DNA of 32,000 nucleotides from Longivirga aurantiaca (GTDB lineage Bacteria; Actinomycetota; Actinomycetes; S36-B12; CAIYMF01): NCBI RefSeq assembly GCF_042660085.1, contig NZ_JBHSTI010000008.1, positions 1,117,836 to 1,149,835 of the forward strand, read 5' to 3'. Shown piece by piece: positions 9,601 to 17,011 of this stretch (position 1 is its first letter; each line of letters starts with the position of its first letter). The notes under the pieces were generated by a model. It saw only the letters and a program-made list of their open reading frames with translations, ran no database searches and was not told where the DNA came from. The position numbers and the translations under genes were made by a program.

Positions 9601-11392
9601 CAAGGAGGCGGAGAAGATCGGCCCGCAGACCGTGCGGATCACCACGACCGGCGATCACGGATACACCTGCTCCCTCGCCGGCTTCACCACGACCGACGGC
9701 ACCCGTCAGCTCGCGCCGCCGGGATACCTGTCGAAGTTCCCCTGTGCGGCCGACGCCAGGCTTGAGACCGTCTCACTGAGCGGTTTCGGGGACGGGGCCT
9801 CGGGTCTCAACGGGAAGTCCTTCAAGGTGACGCAGATCGATTCGGCCAACGAGCTTCAGTTGCAGTCGTCGAGCACGCTCTCGGCCGTCGACTGGACAGC
9901 CGGAGCTTCTGGCTGCACGACCGGTTGCGGGAACGGCAGCCTCAAGAGGCTTCCTGGCGCGCTCGACAGGACGGCCCAGACCGTCGGGAGCTCTGCGACC
10001 AACTTCTCCGTGGAGTTCTCGGACACCAGCGAGTTCGAGGCTGCTGCATCCTGGTCGCTCAACACCTCTCTTTCCGCCGATCTGCAGCTCAGCGGCGGCG
10101 GCGCGGCCCTCGGTGGGGCCGGAGTTGCCATCAAGCTGAAGGGTAACTACCAACGGTCCGAGGGAGCCACCCGCAGCGTGGCGATGCTGGCTGGCACCAA
10201 GTTCGAGGCCACCATCCCGCCGGTGTCCGAGACGGGCACGCGCTACGTCGTGCAGCCGTTCCTCACGTCAGACCCGCGCACCAACGCCATGACGTTCGAC
10301 TGGACGGCTTCCTGCGACATCCACTGCAACACCGGTGTGTGGAACTCGTACCTCTACCAGCCGGACCTGGCCTTCGCCCTGCCCGAGCTGCTCAACCCGT
10401 ACAAGACCCCCAACAACACGGGTGACAACTACGTCAACATGCTGCGCTCGCCCGACTTCCAGACGTGGAAGTGCCGGGACGACGCGACGCTCAAGCAGAA
10501 GGTCTGCACGGCACCTCCGCTGGCAGTGGCCGGCAAGGCGTCGACGATCTCGACGACCGTCCACAACTACAGCCTCAAGGCATACGCGAGCTCGACCAAG
10601 CCCATCACCATCCGGTACTACGTCGGAGACCCCGCGCGAGGTGGCTACCCCGTCCTCGACGCTCCGGTGCCGTCGTCGCCGGGCTGCGGCTTCGCCTACT
10701 GCATCACCCCGCAGGGCGAGGTCAACGTCCTGAGCGACTGGGTTCCCGCCCTCGGCCTCTCCGGACGTGGGACGACCGCGGCCCCGCTGCCGATCTACGC
10801 GGTGATCCGCACGACCATGCCCGAGGTGCATCCCTGGACGGCGCCTATCAGCCTCGCCGACTGCGACGCGACGTACCCCAACCTCGCCGGTGCGATTCCG
10901 GAGTACCGCGAGCCTGGGGGCACGGCCAAGCGCCCGTCCCTCTGCCCGACCACCAACAACCAGGCGTACTTCCCGATCCGGTTCGGCGGGAAGCCGGCTC
11001 AGCCGACCGACCTGTCGGTGTACTCGTCAGGCGTGGTCGTGTCCCAGGACGGGCGGTCCGCCTCCATCAAGGTCAAGTCCTCGTCCGCCATCACCGGGAA
11101 GCGGGCCATCATCCGGATCTGGGCCTGCCCCACCACCTCCACCTGCCTGCCGCAGACGCTCCCGATCCCCAAGAACGCATCGGCGGCATCGGGCTGGGGG
11201 AAGACGGTCAGCCTCACGATCGCCAAGGGCGGGACGCAGACGATCACCATGCCGTTGAACACGAGCGGCGCCAAGAACATCACGGTGCAGGTGATCCCGC
11301 TCGACGTGTGGGAGCGCCCGGGTGGCCCGGCGCTCAACCAGCCGGGGCAGCTCGGCAACAACCAGGTGACCAAGGTCGTCACGATCGGGTGA
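6677..11392 (+). CDS. giant secreted FG-GAP/VCBS-like repeat protein, function unknown
   Basis: ATG 6677 overlaps the upstream stop TGA 6678-6680 (ATGA). The track start is TTG 6665, and ATG 6719 is an alternative. The signal peptide is MSRFTALLCVGVMLSLGLGAASSYSSGAEA. FG-GAP/VCBS-type motifs include ADFNGDGREDVV, GDFNGGAPDEIAV and ADFDGDGMDDPVIG. The mature part has 34 Cys arranged as 17 consecutive close pairs. The C-terminal segments look like CARDB/Ig-type beta-sandwiches. No LPXTG motif or enzymatic motif was seen. Confidence 0.85.
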   Translation: MSTATRVRLTSKGSMPMSRFTALLCVGVMLSLGLGAASSYSSGAEAATATATAAVVPAAAPAPGSECLDDVTGESEPCDFGMEPVRFPSGRTIGEYESAVLTRSAANRASTVSMNDFTTGVLLGSCVPDVASCGLDNRVRVGDDGPLYTDATPVLPSSASTTVGDTAVAKADFNGDGREDVVTAALCPVLGGGTPSEICLRAYDPDTDSWSSWSPTGLVADSVKAVGRIKLAAGRIAQTTAKVTGASFTTSADGSNLLMRLTTDIPHRLTTSDALRFDAAGVAELASALCLPADDDGTEPLCAGDLAEGLWPIESIATDRLSFVVALGTLQDASATATCPPEGFRCLADGTREPLDWSSDTGFGVTGTNQGLAVAWVAPSASVQLATFIVRLGTTAPFSLSDVHSVGVSTGARQPLDVVTGDFNGGAPDEIAVGFGSTCTGLACLRVRIFRWNDSKQLVPVGAANAPADAPKMSGNANLTVSSVSLASGRLTKAAGTNLDGDDLLVAVQSTSGTIGCPVLQACMARYAITYDVAGDFVPKAAATTLIETGSEGLVASRYSFVAAAADFDGDGMDDPVIGRTTTQLLGTTESRAAFTVITTLSSTGTRLTFNGDDDMRAVGVGGSGQLALAAGQVGSLEDASSQGFPNAINPDIVLAWTCVDTASCGASASGSSVAILPIAVKIQATPEFFPKGKDKLSPSDDGGIPSVLPAAPLPATYNAITSEATHVALALPDLDADSQTLGTPVTYVTVGEVRPLMILRSPPVHFDAFPALITNDGKVSFTETRDTNGCFGAKTPSDCDVATVYSSTSTLTSSIAGSINNSWGIGGSVGFNTWFGDTKETKAGVTKCQTGVCAELTVLLETEYNGEQADTTKAGTNFTYSFSKTALAGSDEVLAFTAATETTEYPIYPGTSVFGGELEPGRYVRVDSPVQSTLAWRSATDPEITSSGWQHSVPGNILSYPKSANTLPTDTKAVKEAEKIGPQTVRITTTGDHGYTCSLAGFTTTDGTRQLAPPGYLSKFPCAADARLETVSLSGFGDGASGLNGKSFKVTQIDSANELQLQSSSTLSAVDWTAGASGCTTGCGNGSLKRLPGALDRTAQTVGSSATNFSVEFSDTSEFEAAASWSLNTSLSADLQLSGGGAALGGAGVAIKLKGNYQRSEGATRSVAMLAGTKFEATIPPVSETGTRYVVQPFLTSDPRTNAMTFDWTASCDIHCNTGVWNSYLYQPDLAFALPELLNPYKTPNNTGDNYVNMLRSPDFQTWKCRDDATLKQKVCTAPPLAVAGKASTISTTVHNYSLKAYASSTKPITIRYYVGDPARGGYPVLDAPVPSSPGCGFAYCITPQGEVNVLSDWVPALGLSGRGTTAAPLPIYAVIRTTMPEVHPWTAPISLADCDATYPNLAGAIPEYREPGGTAKRPSLCPTTNNQAYFPIRFGGKPAQPTDLSVYSSGVVVSQDGRSASIKVKSSSAITGKRAIIRIWACPTTSTCLPQTLPIPKNASAASGWGKTVSLTIAKGGTQTITMPLNTSGAKNITVQVIPLDVWERPGGPALNQPGQLGNNQVTKVVTIG

Positions 11393-11399
11393 CGAGATC

Positions 11400-11437
11400 G
11401 GTGGGCACCGCCGCTCCGCCCCGGGGCGGTGCCCACC
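11400..11437. terminator. GC-rich hairpin between convergent genes (putative bidirectional terminator)
   Basis: GGTGGGCACCGCC (11400-11412) and GGCGGTGCCCACC (11425-11437) are perfect reverse complements: a 13-bp stem with a 12-nt loop. The hairpin lies 8 nt after the stop of 6677..11392 and 50 nt from the stop of the LAL gene. There is no U-tract, which is common in high-GC actinobacteria. Confidence 0.6.
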
Positions 11438-11486
11438 GACATAGCGCCAGGTGGCGGCCGTCGAGGTCGCCGCGTGTGCGCGTGGG

Positions 11487-14003
11487 TCAGGTGGTCGAGT
11501 GCGGATCCGACAGCGTGGTCGGTACGACGGTGCCACTGCGCAACGCCCAGGAGACGGCCTCGGCACGGCCGCGCACACCGAGCTTCCGGTAGATCGCGAC
11601 CGTGTGGTGCATGACGGTCTTGGGCGCCATGCCGAGAGTCTCGGCGACATCCCGGTTGGTGCCGCCTGCGACGAGCCGCTCCAGGACGTCGAGCTCTCGC
11701 GGCGTGAGGTGCTCGCCGGCGGGAACCCCAGGACGCGGTAGGACGTGGGGATCCGGGCCGGTCGTGGGCAGGTAGCCGCGCACGATCGCCTGGGCCCGGC
11801 GGTTCGCCTGGCCCAAGGTGAGGCCTCGGACCTCGGAGGCCAGCGCGTCGTACTGCTCGGGCGGCACGAGCCCGCGCAGCGGTTCGACCATCGCGAGGTA
11901 CGTCTGCGCGAGCGAGGGGAGGATCTGCGGCAGCATAGGCTCGAGCTCGGCGATCGACTCGCGCACGCGGACGGTGTCGTCGAACGAGCCACGCGCCATC
12001 GTGACAGGCACCAGGAGGATCAGTGGGGCGAGGGCAGCCACCGGCCAGGTGCGCTCGACGCCCTCTGCGATGAGGAGCATCCGGCCGATGGCGCTCAGGG
12101 CAGATGCCTGGTCCTGCGCGGCCAGAGCCGCCATCGCCATCGGCGCCAGCACGTGCATCACCATCATCGGCTGCTGAAGGCATTCGGCCCGCTGCAGCAG
12201 CTCGTCCAGCTCGAGCAGCGGGACCGGGCCGCGCTCCTCCGGCGGCAGCGCACGCAGCATCAGGGCCGAGTGGATGATCGCCTCCGAGTCGCGGACGCGA
12301 GAAGCGCGCTCGTAGGCGCTACGGGCGCTGCGCGCCTGGGCTGCGGTGTCGCCGCGGAGGCTGTGCGTCATCGCGACGTACACCTCGAAGCGAGCTAGAG
12401 CCGCCTCGTTGCCGAGCCGTGAGGCGAGAGCGTGACCCTCGTGGGCGGAGGCCACGGCTCCCTCCAGGTCGAAGGTGACGCCGAGGGTGCTCACGACCAG
12501 CTCGAGCGCCTCGAGAAGCGCGGCATCGTCGCCCGACGACCGCGCCAGCGCGATCGACTGCCGGAGCCGTCGAGCCGTCCACGCGCCGTACGCCGCTGTG
12601 CCCATGTCGTCGGCCGGCGAGTGGACGGTGGCCCACATGAGGGTGCGTGCCACAAGCGCGTCGTCGGACACGGATCCGTCGTTGAGCACGCTTTCGACCA
12701 GGGGGAGGAGTGTGGCCTGTGCGCCGGGGGAGAGGGTGAGGTCCGGCGCTGCGATCGCGGCGAGCTGCAGCGCGGAGTCCTGATGGCCGGTCGAGATCCG
12801 CCTGTCGAGGGCGGCAAGGACGTCCGGCCACGAGCGCGAGGCCGTGCTGGGGTCGAGGGTGCACTGCGTCGACCAGTACGCGGCGTGCGCGTCACGCACG
12901 CGGTCCTCCACGCCGGACTCCGCCAGCAGGCGCTTCCCGTGCCGCCGCACGAGCGGGTCGAGGCGGAGCAGCTCGTGGTTGGCGCTGTCGACGAGCAGGT
13001 CGACGAGGTGCGAGTCGACGAGCTCGGAGACGAGGTCGAGCAGCTCCAGCTCTCCGAGGCGCGGCTCCGTGACCTGCTGGGCAGCAGCCAGCGGGAACCC
13101 GCCCTCGAACACGGCGAGCCGGGTCATCAGCGCGGCAGCTGGGGGGCTGAGCAGGCTCATGGACCAGTCCAGTGCGGCATCGATGCTCCGGTGCCGATCG
13201 GCCACCCCCAGGGTGTCGCGCTGGTGCAGCAGCGCAGAGGATCGCTCGAGCTGACGGGCCATCATCGCTGGCGGCACCGAAGCCACGCGCGCTGCAGCCA
13301 CCTCGATCGCGAGCGGCAGCCCGCCCAGAGTGCGGCAGATCGCCGCGACAGAGGTGCGGGTGCCGGCGTCGAGAACGAAGGAGGCGTCTGCCGCGGCAGC
13401 GCGTGCAGCGAACAGGGAGACGGCGGGGCCGTCCCCGTCGGGGTCTGGCGCGGGGAACGGCTTGACCGCTACGACGCGCTCGCCGGGCACTCGGAGCGGC
13501 CGCACGCGCGTGGCCAGCACGGTGAGGGCGGGGTACGAGTCGCGCAGGTCGACCACGAGCTCTGCCAGAGCCTCGACCTCGTCGGCGTCATCGAGCACGA
13601 GGACGGCCCGCTGGCCTCCGGCCCGCCGCCAGAGCGCCGTTGCCGGGCTGGCGCCGTACTGCGGGGCCTCGCTCAGTGCCGAGATGAGCGCGTCGGCAGC
13701 GAGCCCGGAGTCGGTCACGCCGGTCAGGGGGACGGCGACGACGACCGTGTCGGCGTCGTTCAGCGTTCGGTGGGTGACCTCGGCGACGAGACGCGACTTA
13801 CCCACGCCGACCGGACCGGTGATCGTGATGACATGGACTGCGTCGTCCGCGAGCAGCTCTCGCAGCGCATCGAGCTCGGCAGCGCGCCCGACGAGTGGGC
13901 CGGGACGTGACAGCACACCAGAAACAGGCCGTGCAACGGTGTCGGTCACCCGTGGTCCCTTCTCCCGTGCGTCACCGTGTGCGCTGCACGTTCCCACGAC
14001 CAC
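11487..14003 (-). CDS. LAL-type (large ATP-binding LuxR family) transcriptional regulator
   Basis: 838-aa ORF. Walker A is ITGPVGVGKSRL and Walker B-like is AVLVLDDADEVEAL. A long helical middle follows. The C-terminal LuxR HTH reads LTPRELDVLERLVAGGTNRDVAETLGMAPKTVMHHTVAIYRKLGVRGRAEAV. The start is uncertain: GTG 14003 (track) or GTG 13949, which is preceded by GGGAGAAGGGA. Confidence 0.9.
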   Translation of the reverse strand: MVVGTCSAHGDAREKGPRVTDTVARPVSGVLSRPGPLVGRAAELDALRELLADDAVHVITITGPVGVGKSRLVAEVTHRTLNDADTVVVAVPLTGVTDSGLAADALISALSEAPQYGASPATALWRRAGGQRAVLVLDDADEVEALAELVVDLRDSYPALTVLATRVRPLRVPGERVVAVKPFPAPDPDGDGPAVSLFAARAAAADASFVLDAGTRTSVAAICRTLGGLPLAIEVAAARVASVPPAMMARQLERSSALLHQRDTLGVADRHRSIDAALDWSMSLLSPPAAALMTRLAVFEGGFPLAAAQQVTEPRLGELELLDLVSELVDSHLVDLLVDSANHELLRLDPLVRRHGKRLLAESGVEDRVRDAHAAYWSTQCTLDPSTASRSWPDVLAALDRRISTGHQDSALQLAAIAAPDLTLSPGAQATLLPLVESVLNDGSVSDDALVARTLMWATVHSPADDMGTAAYGAWTARRLRQSIALARSSGDDAALLEALELVVSTLGVTFDLEGAVASAHEGHALASRLGNEAALARFEVYVAMTHSLRGDTAAQARSARSAYERASRVRDSEAIIHSALMLRALPPEERGPVPLLELDELLQRAECLQQPMMVMHVLAPMAMAALAAQDQASALSAIGRMLLIAEGVERTWPVAALAPLILLVPVTMARGSFDDTVRVRESIAELEPMLPQILPSLAQTYLAMVEPLRGLVPPEQYDALASEVRGLTLGQANRRAQAIVRGYLPTTGPDPHVLPRPGVPAGEHLTPRELDVLERLVAGGTNRDVAETLGMAPKTVMHHTVAIYRKLGVRGRAEAVSWALRSGTVVPTTLSDPHSTT

Positions 14004-14128
14004 GTTAGTGGACCCTTAGTGACTGCACATCCGGAACCCGGAGCCGCCTGTTCGATGGATCGGCGCGGACCGAGGAACGGAGCGCGCAACCCCATGTGGG
14101 GCCGAACGCGGGGAGGAGCTGGCCTGGT

Positions 14129-14452
14129 CTAGTCGCCTGCTAGCGCGGGGCGGTGCATCACGGCCCAGGTGGGCGTGACCTCCATGCGGTCGCCCTCGAC
14201 GTGCGCGTCGCCGTCGACGATGAGGCTGTAGTCGGCGCCGCTCGCGCCCGGGAAGGCCAGCGTGACTCCGGGGCGGGCGACCGCGTTCTCGGCCGTACGC
14301 CGTCCGACGGTCGCGACGAGCGTGCCGCCCTCGACGACCGTGGGGACGGCGAGGCTCTGCGCCCGGCCGTCGTCCCGGACAGTGACGAGGTAGCCCCAGG
14401 GGTAGTCGGCGAGCTTGGCGGCCAGGTCCTCGAGCGGTACGGCGATGCTCAT
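14129..14452 (-). CDS. pyridoxamine 5'-phosphate oxidase-fold (FMN/F420-binding split-barrel) family protein
   Basis: 107-aa ORF: MSIAVPLEDLAAKLADYPWGYLVTVRDDGRAQSLAVPTVVEGGTLVATVGRRTAENAVARPGVTLAFPG...YSLIVDGDAHVEG...TPTWAVMHRPA. This pattern is typical of small PNPOx-like proteins. Call is from motif memory only. Confidence 0.7.
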   Translation of the reverse strand: MSIAVPLEDLAAKLADYPWGYLVTVRDDGRAQSLAVPTVVEGGTLVATVGRRTAENAVARPGVTLAFPGASGADYSLIVDGDAHVEGDRMEVTPTWAVMHRPALAGD

Positions 14453-14516
14453 GCCCGCAGCCTAGGGAGTCCGGGGCGTGCGACCGACGGACTCGCGCTC
14501 TCGGTGTGAGCGTTCC

Positions 14517-14574
14517 CGGCGTACCTGGTGCTGGATCGCGTCGTGAGGGGCGCGCTCGCTGCCCGGGTACGGCG
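14517..14574 (+). repeat. REP-like repeat, diverged subfamily
   Basis: The sequence is CGGCGTACCTGGTGCTGGATCGCGTCGTGAGGGGCGCGCTCGCTGCCCGGGTACGGCG. The left end CGGCGTACCTGG is an imperfect inverted repeat of the right end CCCGGGTACGGCG. It lies between the PNPOx start and the EamA stop. Confidence 0.8.
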
Positions 14575-14589
14575 TACGACGGGTCGCGG

Positions 14590-15867
14590 TCACCGGTAGC
14601 GCATGCGTTCGCTCACCGTCCCGAGGATCTTGTCCTCGATATCGGGGTGCTCCTCGAGCAGTGCGAGGAAGGCCGGCTTCGGCAGCGAGTACAGCGTGCC
14701 GGGTGACGCGGCGGTCGCGGTCGCGGTCCGCGTGCCGCCGAACAGCAGCGCGATCTCGCCGAGGAAGTCGCCCTCGCCCAGCGTGCGCAGGTGCTGGCCG
14801 TGCGCGCTGATGTCGACCGTGCCGGTGCTGAGCACGAAGAACTCGTCGCCGTCGTCGCCCTCGTGGGTGAGCACGTCGCCGGCCGCGAACTCGCGGGTCT
14901 GCGCGGCACCGGCCAGCGTGGCCAGCTCCGGCGCAGACAGCCCGGCGAACAGCGGCACGCGCCCGAGGGCCGCCACCGTGGCGTCGGTCATGAGTCGAGC
15001 GTTGTCGCTTCCCATCCTGCGCATCCAATCTCTCGGGCCGAGACTGCCCGCTGCTGCCACCACGATGAGGCCGATCCCCAGCCACTGCTGCGCGACGAGC
15101 ACGTCGTCGCGGATCACGATGCCGGTCAGCGCGGCCACCGCGGGCTCGAACGCGAGCACGAGCCCGAACGTCGCCATCGGCAGCGTGCGCAGCGCGACGG
15201 CCTCGAGCGAGAACGGCACGAGCGTCGCGAGCACGCCGGCGAGCGCGAGGGTGAGCAGCACGTGCACGTCCCACAGCCCGGGCTCGGCCAGCAGCAGGCC
15301 GAACGGCGTCTGCAGCGCTGCCGTGATCACCAACGCGAGCGCGAGCCCCGAGAGCCCCGAGCCGGCGGCGTTCACGCGCTTGCCCGCCACGATGTACGCC
15401 GCCAGCGCCACCGCGCCCGCGAGCGCGAACCCGAGCCCGGTCAGGCTGACGGGACCGTCGGTGCCGTTCGCCAGGCACAGCAGCAGTGCACCGATCGCGG
15501 CGACGCCGACCAGGGCCAGATCGACCGGCGTGCGGTTGCCCCACGCCGCGATCGCGAGCGGCCCCAGCATGAGGATCGCGCTGACGTAGCCCAGGGGCGC
15601 GTGTGCGATCGCGACGTACGCGCAGAGCGTGAGGCACGCGAGCGACGCGCCGTACACCGCGATCGGCCCGAGGCGGTCGCGGGTGTACGCCGAGATGTCG
15701 GGCCTGATGTACGCCCACAGCAGCACCGCGCCGACCAGGCTGCGCACCCACACCGCCGAGACGGGCCCTGCGGCTGCGAACACGCTCGCCGCCACGGCGA
15801 GGCCCATCTGCAGGCTCGCGCTCGACAGCAGCACGAGCCCGACCGGCTTCCACGGCGTGCGGCTCAT
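14590..15867 (-). CDS. EamA/DMT-family transporter fused to a C-terminal cyclic-nucleotide-binding domain
   Basis: The track ORF is 14590..16017. I moved the start to ATG 15867 (MSRTPWKPVGLVLL...) because the upstream 50 codons run into the aminotransferase stop region. About 10 hydrophobic helices form two EamA-like halves. The C-terminal domain reads LFAGLSAPELATLAGAAQTREFAAGDVLTHEGDDGDEFFVLSTGTV...GDFLGEIALLFGGTRTATATA, which contains a phosphate-binding-cassette motif. Confidence 0.85.
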   Translation of the reverse strand: MSRTPWKPVGLVLLSSASLQMGLAVAASVFAAAGPVSAVWVRSLVGAVLLWAYIRPDISAYTRDRLGPIAVYGASLACLTLCAYVAIAHAPLGYVSAILMLGPLAIAAWGNRTPVDLALVGVAAIGALLLCLANGTDGPVSLTGLGFALAGAVALAAYIVAGKRVNAAGSGLSGLALALVITAALQTPFGLLLAEPGLWDVHVLLTLALAGVLATLVPFSLEAVALRTLPMATFGLVLAFEPAVAALTGIVIRDDVLVAQQWLGIGLIVVAAAGSLGPRDWMRRMGSDNARLMTDATVAALGRVPLFAGLSAPELATLAGAAQTREFAAGDVLTHEGDDGDEFFVLSTGTVDISAHGQHLRTLGEGDFLGEIALLFGGTRTATATAASPGTLYSLPKPAFLALLEEHPDIEDKILGTVSERMRYR

Positions 15868-15919
15868 GGCCGTCGCCTCCAGCGCACGGAGGGATGTCGA
15901 GGCGTACGGACCGCCATGG

Positions 15920-17011
15920 TCACCCGCCCTCCAGGCAGGCGCGGACGGCGAACCCGGCACGCTCGACGACGTCGGCCTCACGCGCCAGTGCGATGCGCAG
16001 GTAGCGCTCACCGGCACGGCCGTCGCCCCAGTAGAACGGTCGGCACGGCACCGAGTGGACGCCCTGCCTCAGCAGCTGGCCCCACAGCCGCGTGCCGGTC
16101 ATGCCTCGCGCGAGCTCGACGCGCGAGACGCTCACGCGCGAGTCGCCGTCCGAGACGGCCGCGCGCTCGCATCCCTCGAGCACCTTCCCGAGCACCGCGC
16201 GGTTGTGCGCGATCCGCTCGTGCAGCGCGGTCATCCCGCCGTCGGCCAGGTCGAGGGCGAACTGCTCGACCACCGCGACCGAGAAAGGGGGAGCGATCAG
16301 CAGGACGTCGGCCGCGACCTCGGCGAGGTCGAGCCGCGCGTTGGCCGACCACGCGAGGAAGCCGAGCTTCACGCCACCGGTGGGCCACAGCTTGCCTGTG
16401 TCCTCGACGATCACGTACTCCGCGCCGGTCGCGTCGAGCACGGCATACGTGTCGTACTGCGCGCGCCTGTCGAACGCGCGGAAGCACTGATCGATCAGCA
16501 GGGGAGCGCCTCGCCCGGCGCAGGCCCGGCCCAGCCGCTCGAGCTCGGCCTCGGTCATGACCGTGCCCGTGGGGTTGTTCGGGTTCGCGGCCAGCACCGC
16601 CTGGATCTCCGGGTGCCGCAAGAACAGGTCCCCGTCCGTCAACGACTCCTCCGACAGCGGCACGAGATCGAGACCGCGATGGCGCAGCAGCGCCGGGATG
16701 CAGTCGATCACCGGGGTCACGACGCCGACGGTGCGCACCCGGCGCGCGAGCGCTGCGGCGGCGACGTCGATCGCGATGGTCGAGGCGTAGAAGCTGAGGA
16801 TCCGTCCGCTGCCGATCGGCGCGGTGGTCTGACCGAGCGCGTGCAGGAACGCGGTGTGCGCGCGCTGCTCGAGCACCGGGTACGGCGTGGTCGTCGCCTC
16901 GGTCATGAGCTCGGGCAGCCGGGCGAGGATCGCCGCCTGCGACGGGGTCGGCGCGAAACGCGGGTATCCCTCGGCGACGTTGGTCTCGCTCCCCACCCCC
17001 AGCAGCTGCAT
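15920..17011 (-). CDS. PLP-dependent aminotransferase, class I/II
   Basis: The track ORF is 15920..17182. ATG 17011 (MQLLGVGSETN...) is preferred because the upstream 57 codons look non-coding. Supporting motifs are VLAANPNNPTGTV, LLIDQCFRAF and EDTGKLWP (candidate PLP lysine). The gene is 52 nt upstream of the EamA-cNMP gene on the same strand. Confidence 0.8.
   Translation of the reverse strand: MQLLGVGSETNVAEGYPRFAPTPSQAAILARLPELMTEATTTPYPVLEQRAHTAFLHALGQTTAPIGSGRILSFYASTIAIDVAAAALARRVRTVGVVTPVIDCIPALLRHRGLDLVPLSEESLTDGDLFLRHPEIQAVLAANPNNPTGTVMTEAELERLGRACAGRGAPLLIDQCFRAFDRRAQYDTYAVLDATGAEYVIVEDTGKLWPTGGVKLGFLAWSANARLDLAEVAADVLLIAPPFSVAVVEQFALDLADGGMTALHERIAHNRAVLGKVLEGCERAAVSDGDSRVSVSRVELARGMTGTRLWGQLLRQGVHSVPCRPFYWGDGRAGERYLRIALAREADVVERAGFAVRACLEGG

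Noticed and set aside
3107-9658. Many long alternative-frame and antisense ORFs inside the two giant genes (e.g. 3107..4828 +, 5373..6602 -, 6542..7888 -, 7666..8916 -, 8546..9658 -).
   Set aside because: These are typical high-GC shadow ORFs. Their products are R/G/P/A-rich with no motifs, while the annotated frames carry signal peptides, repeated domain signatures and GC3 bias.
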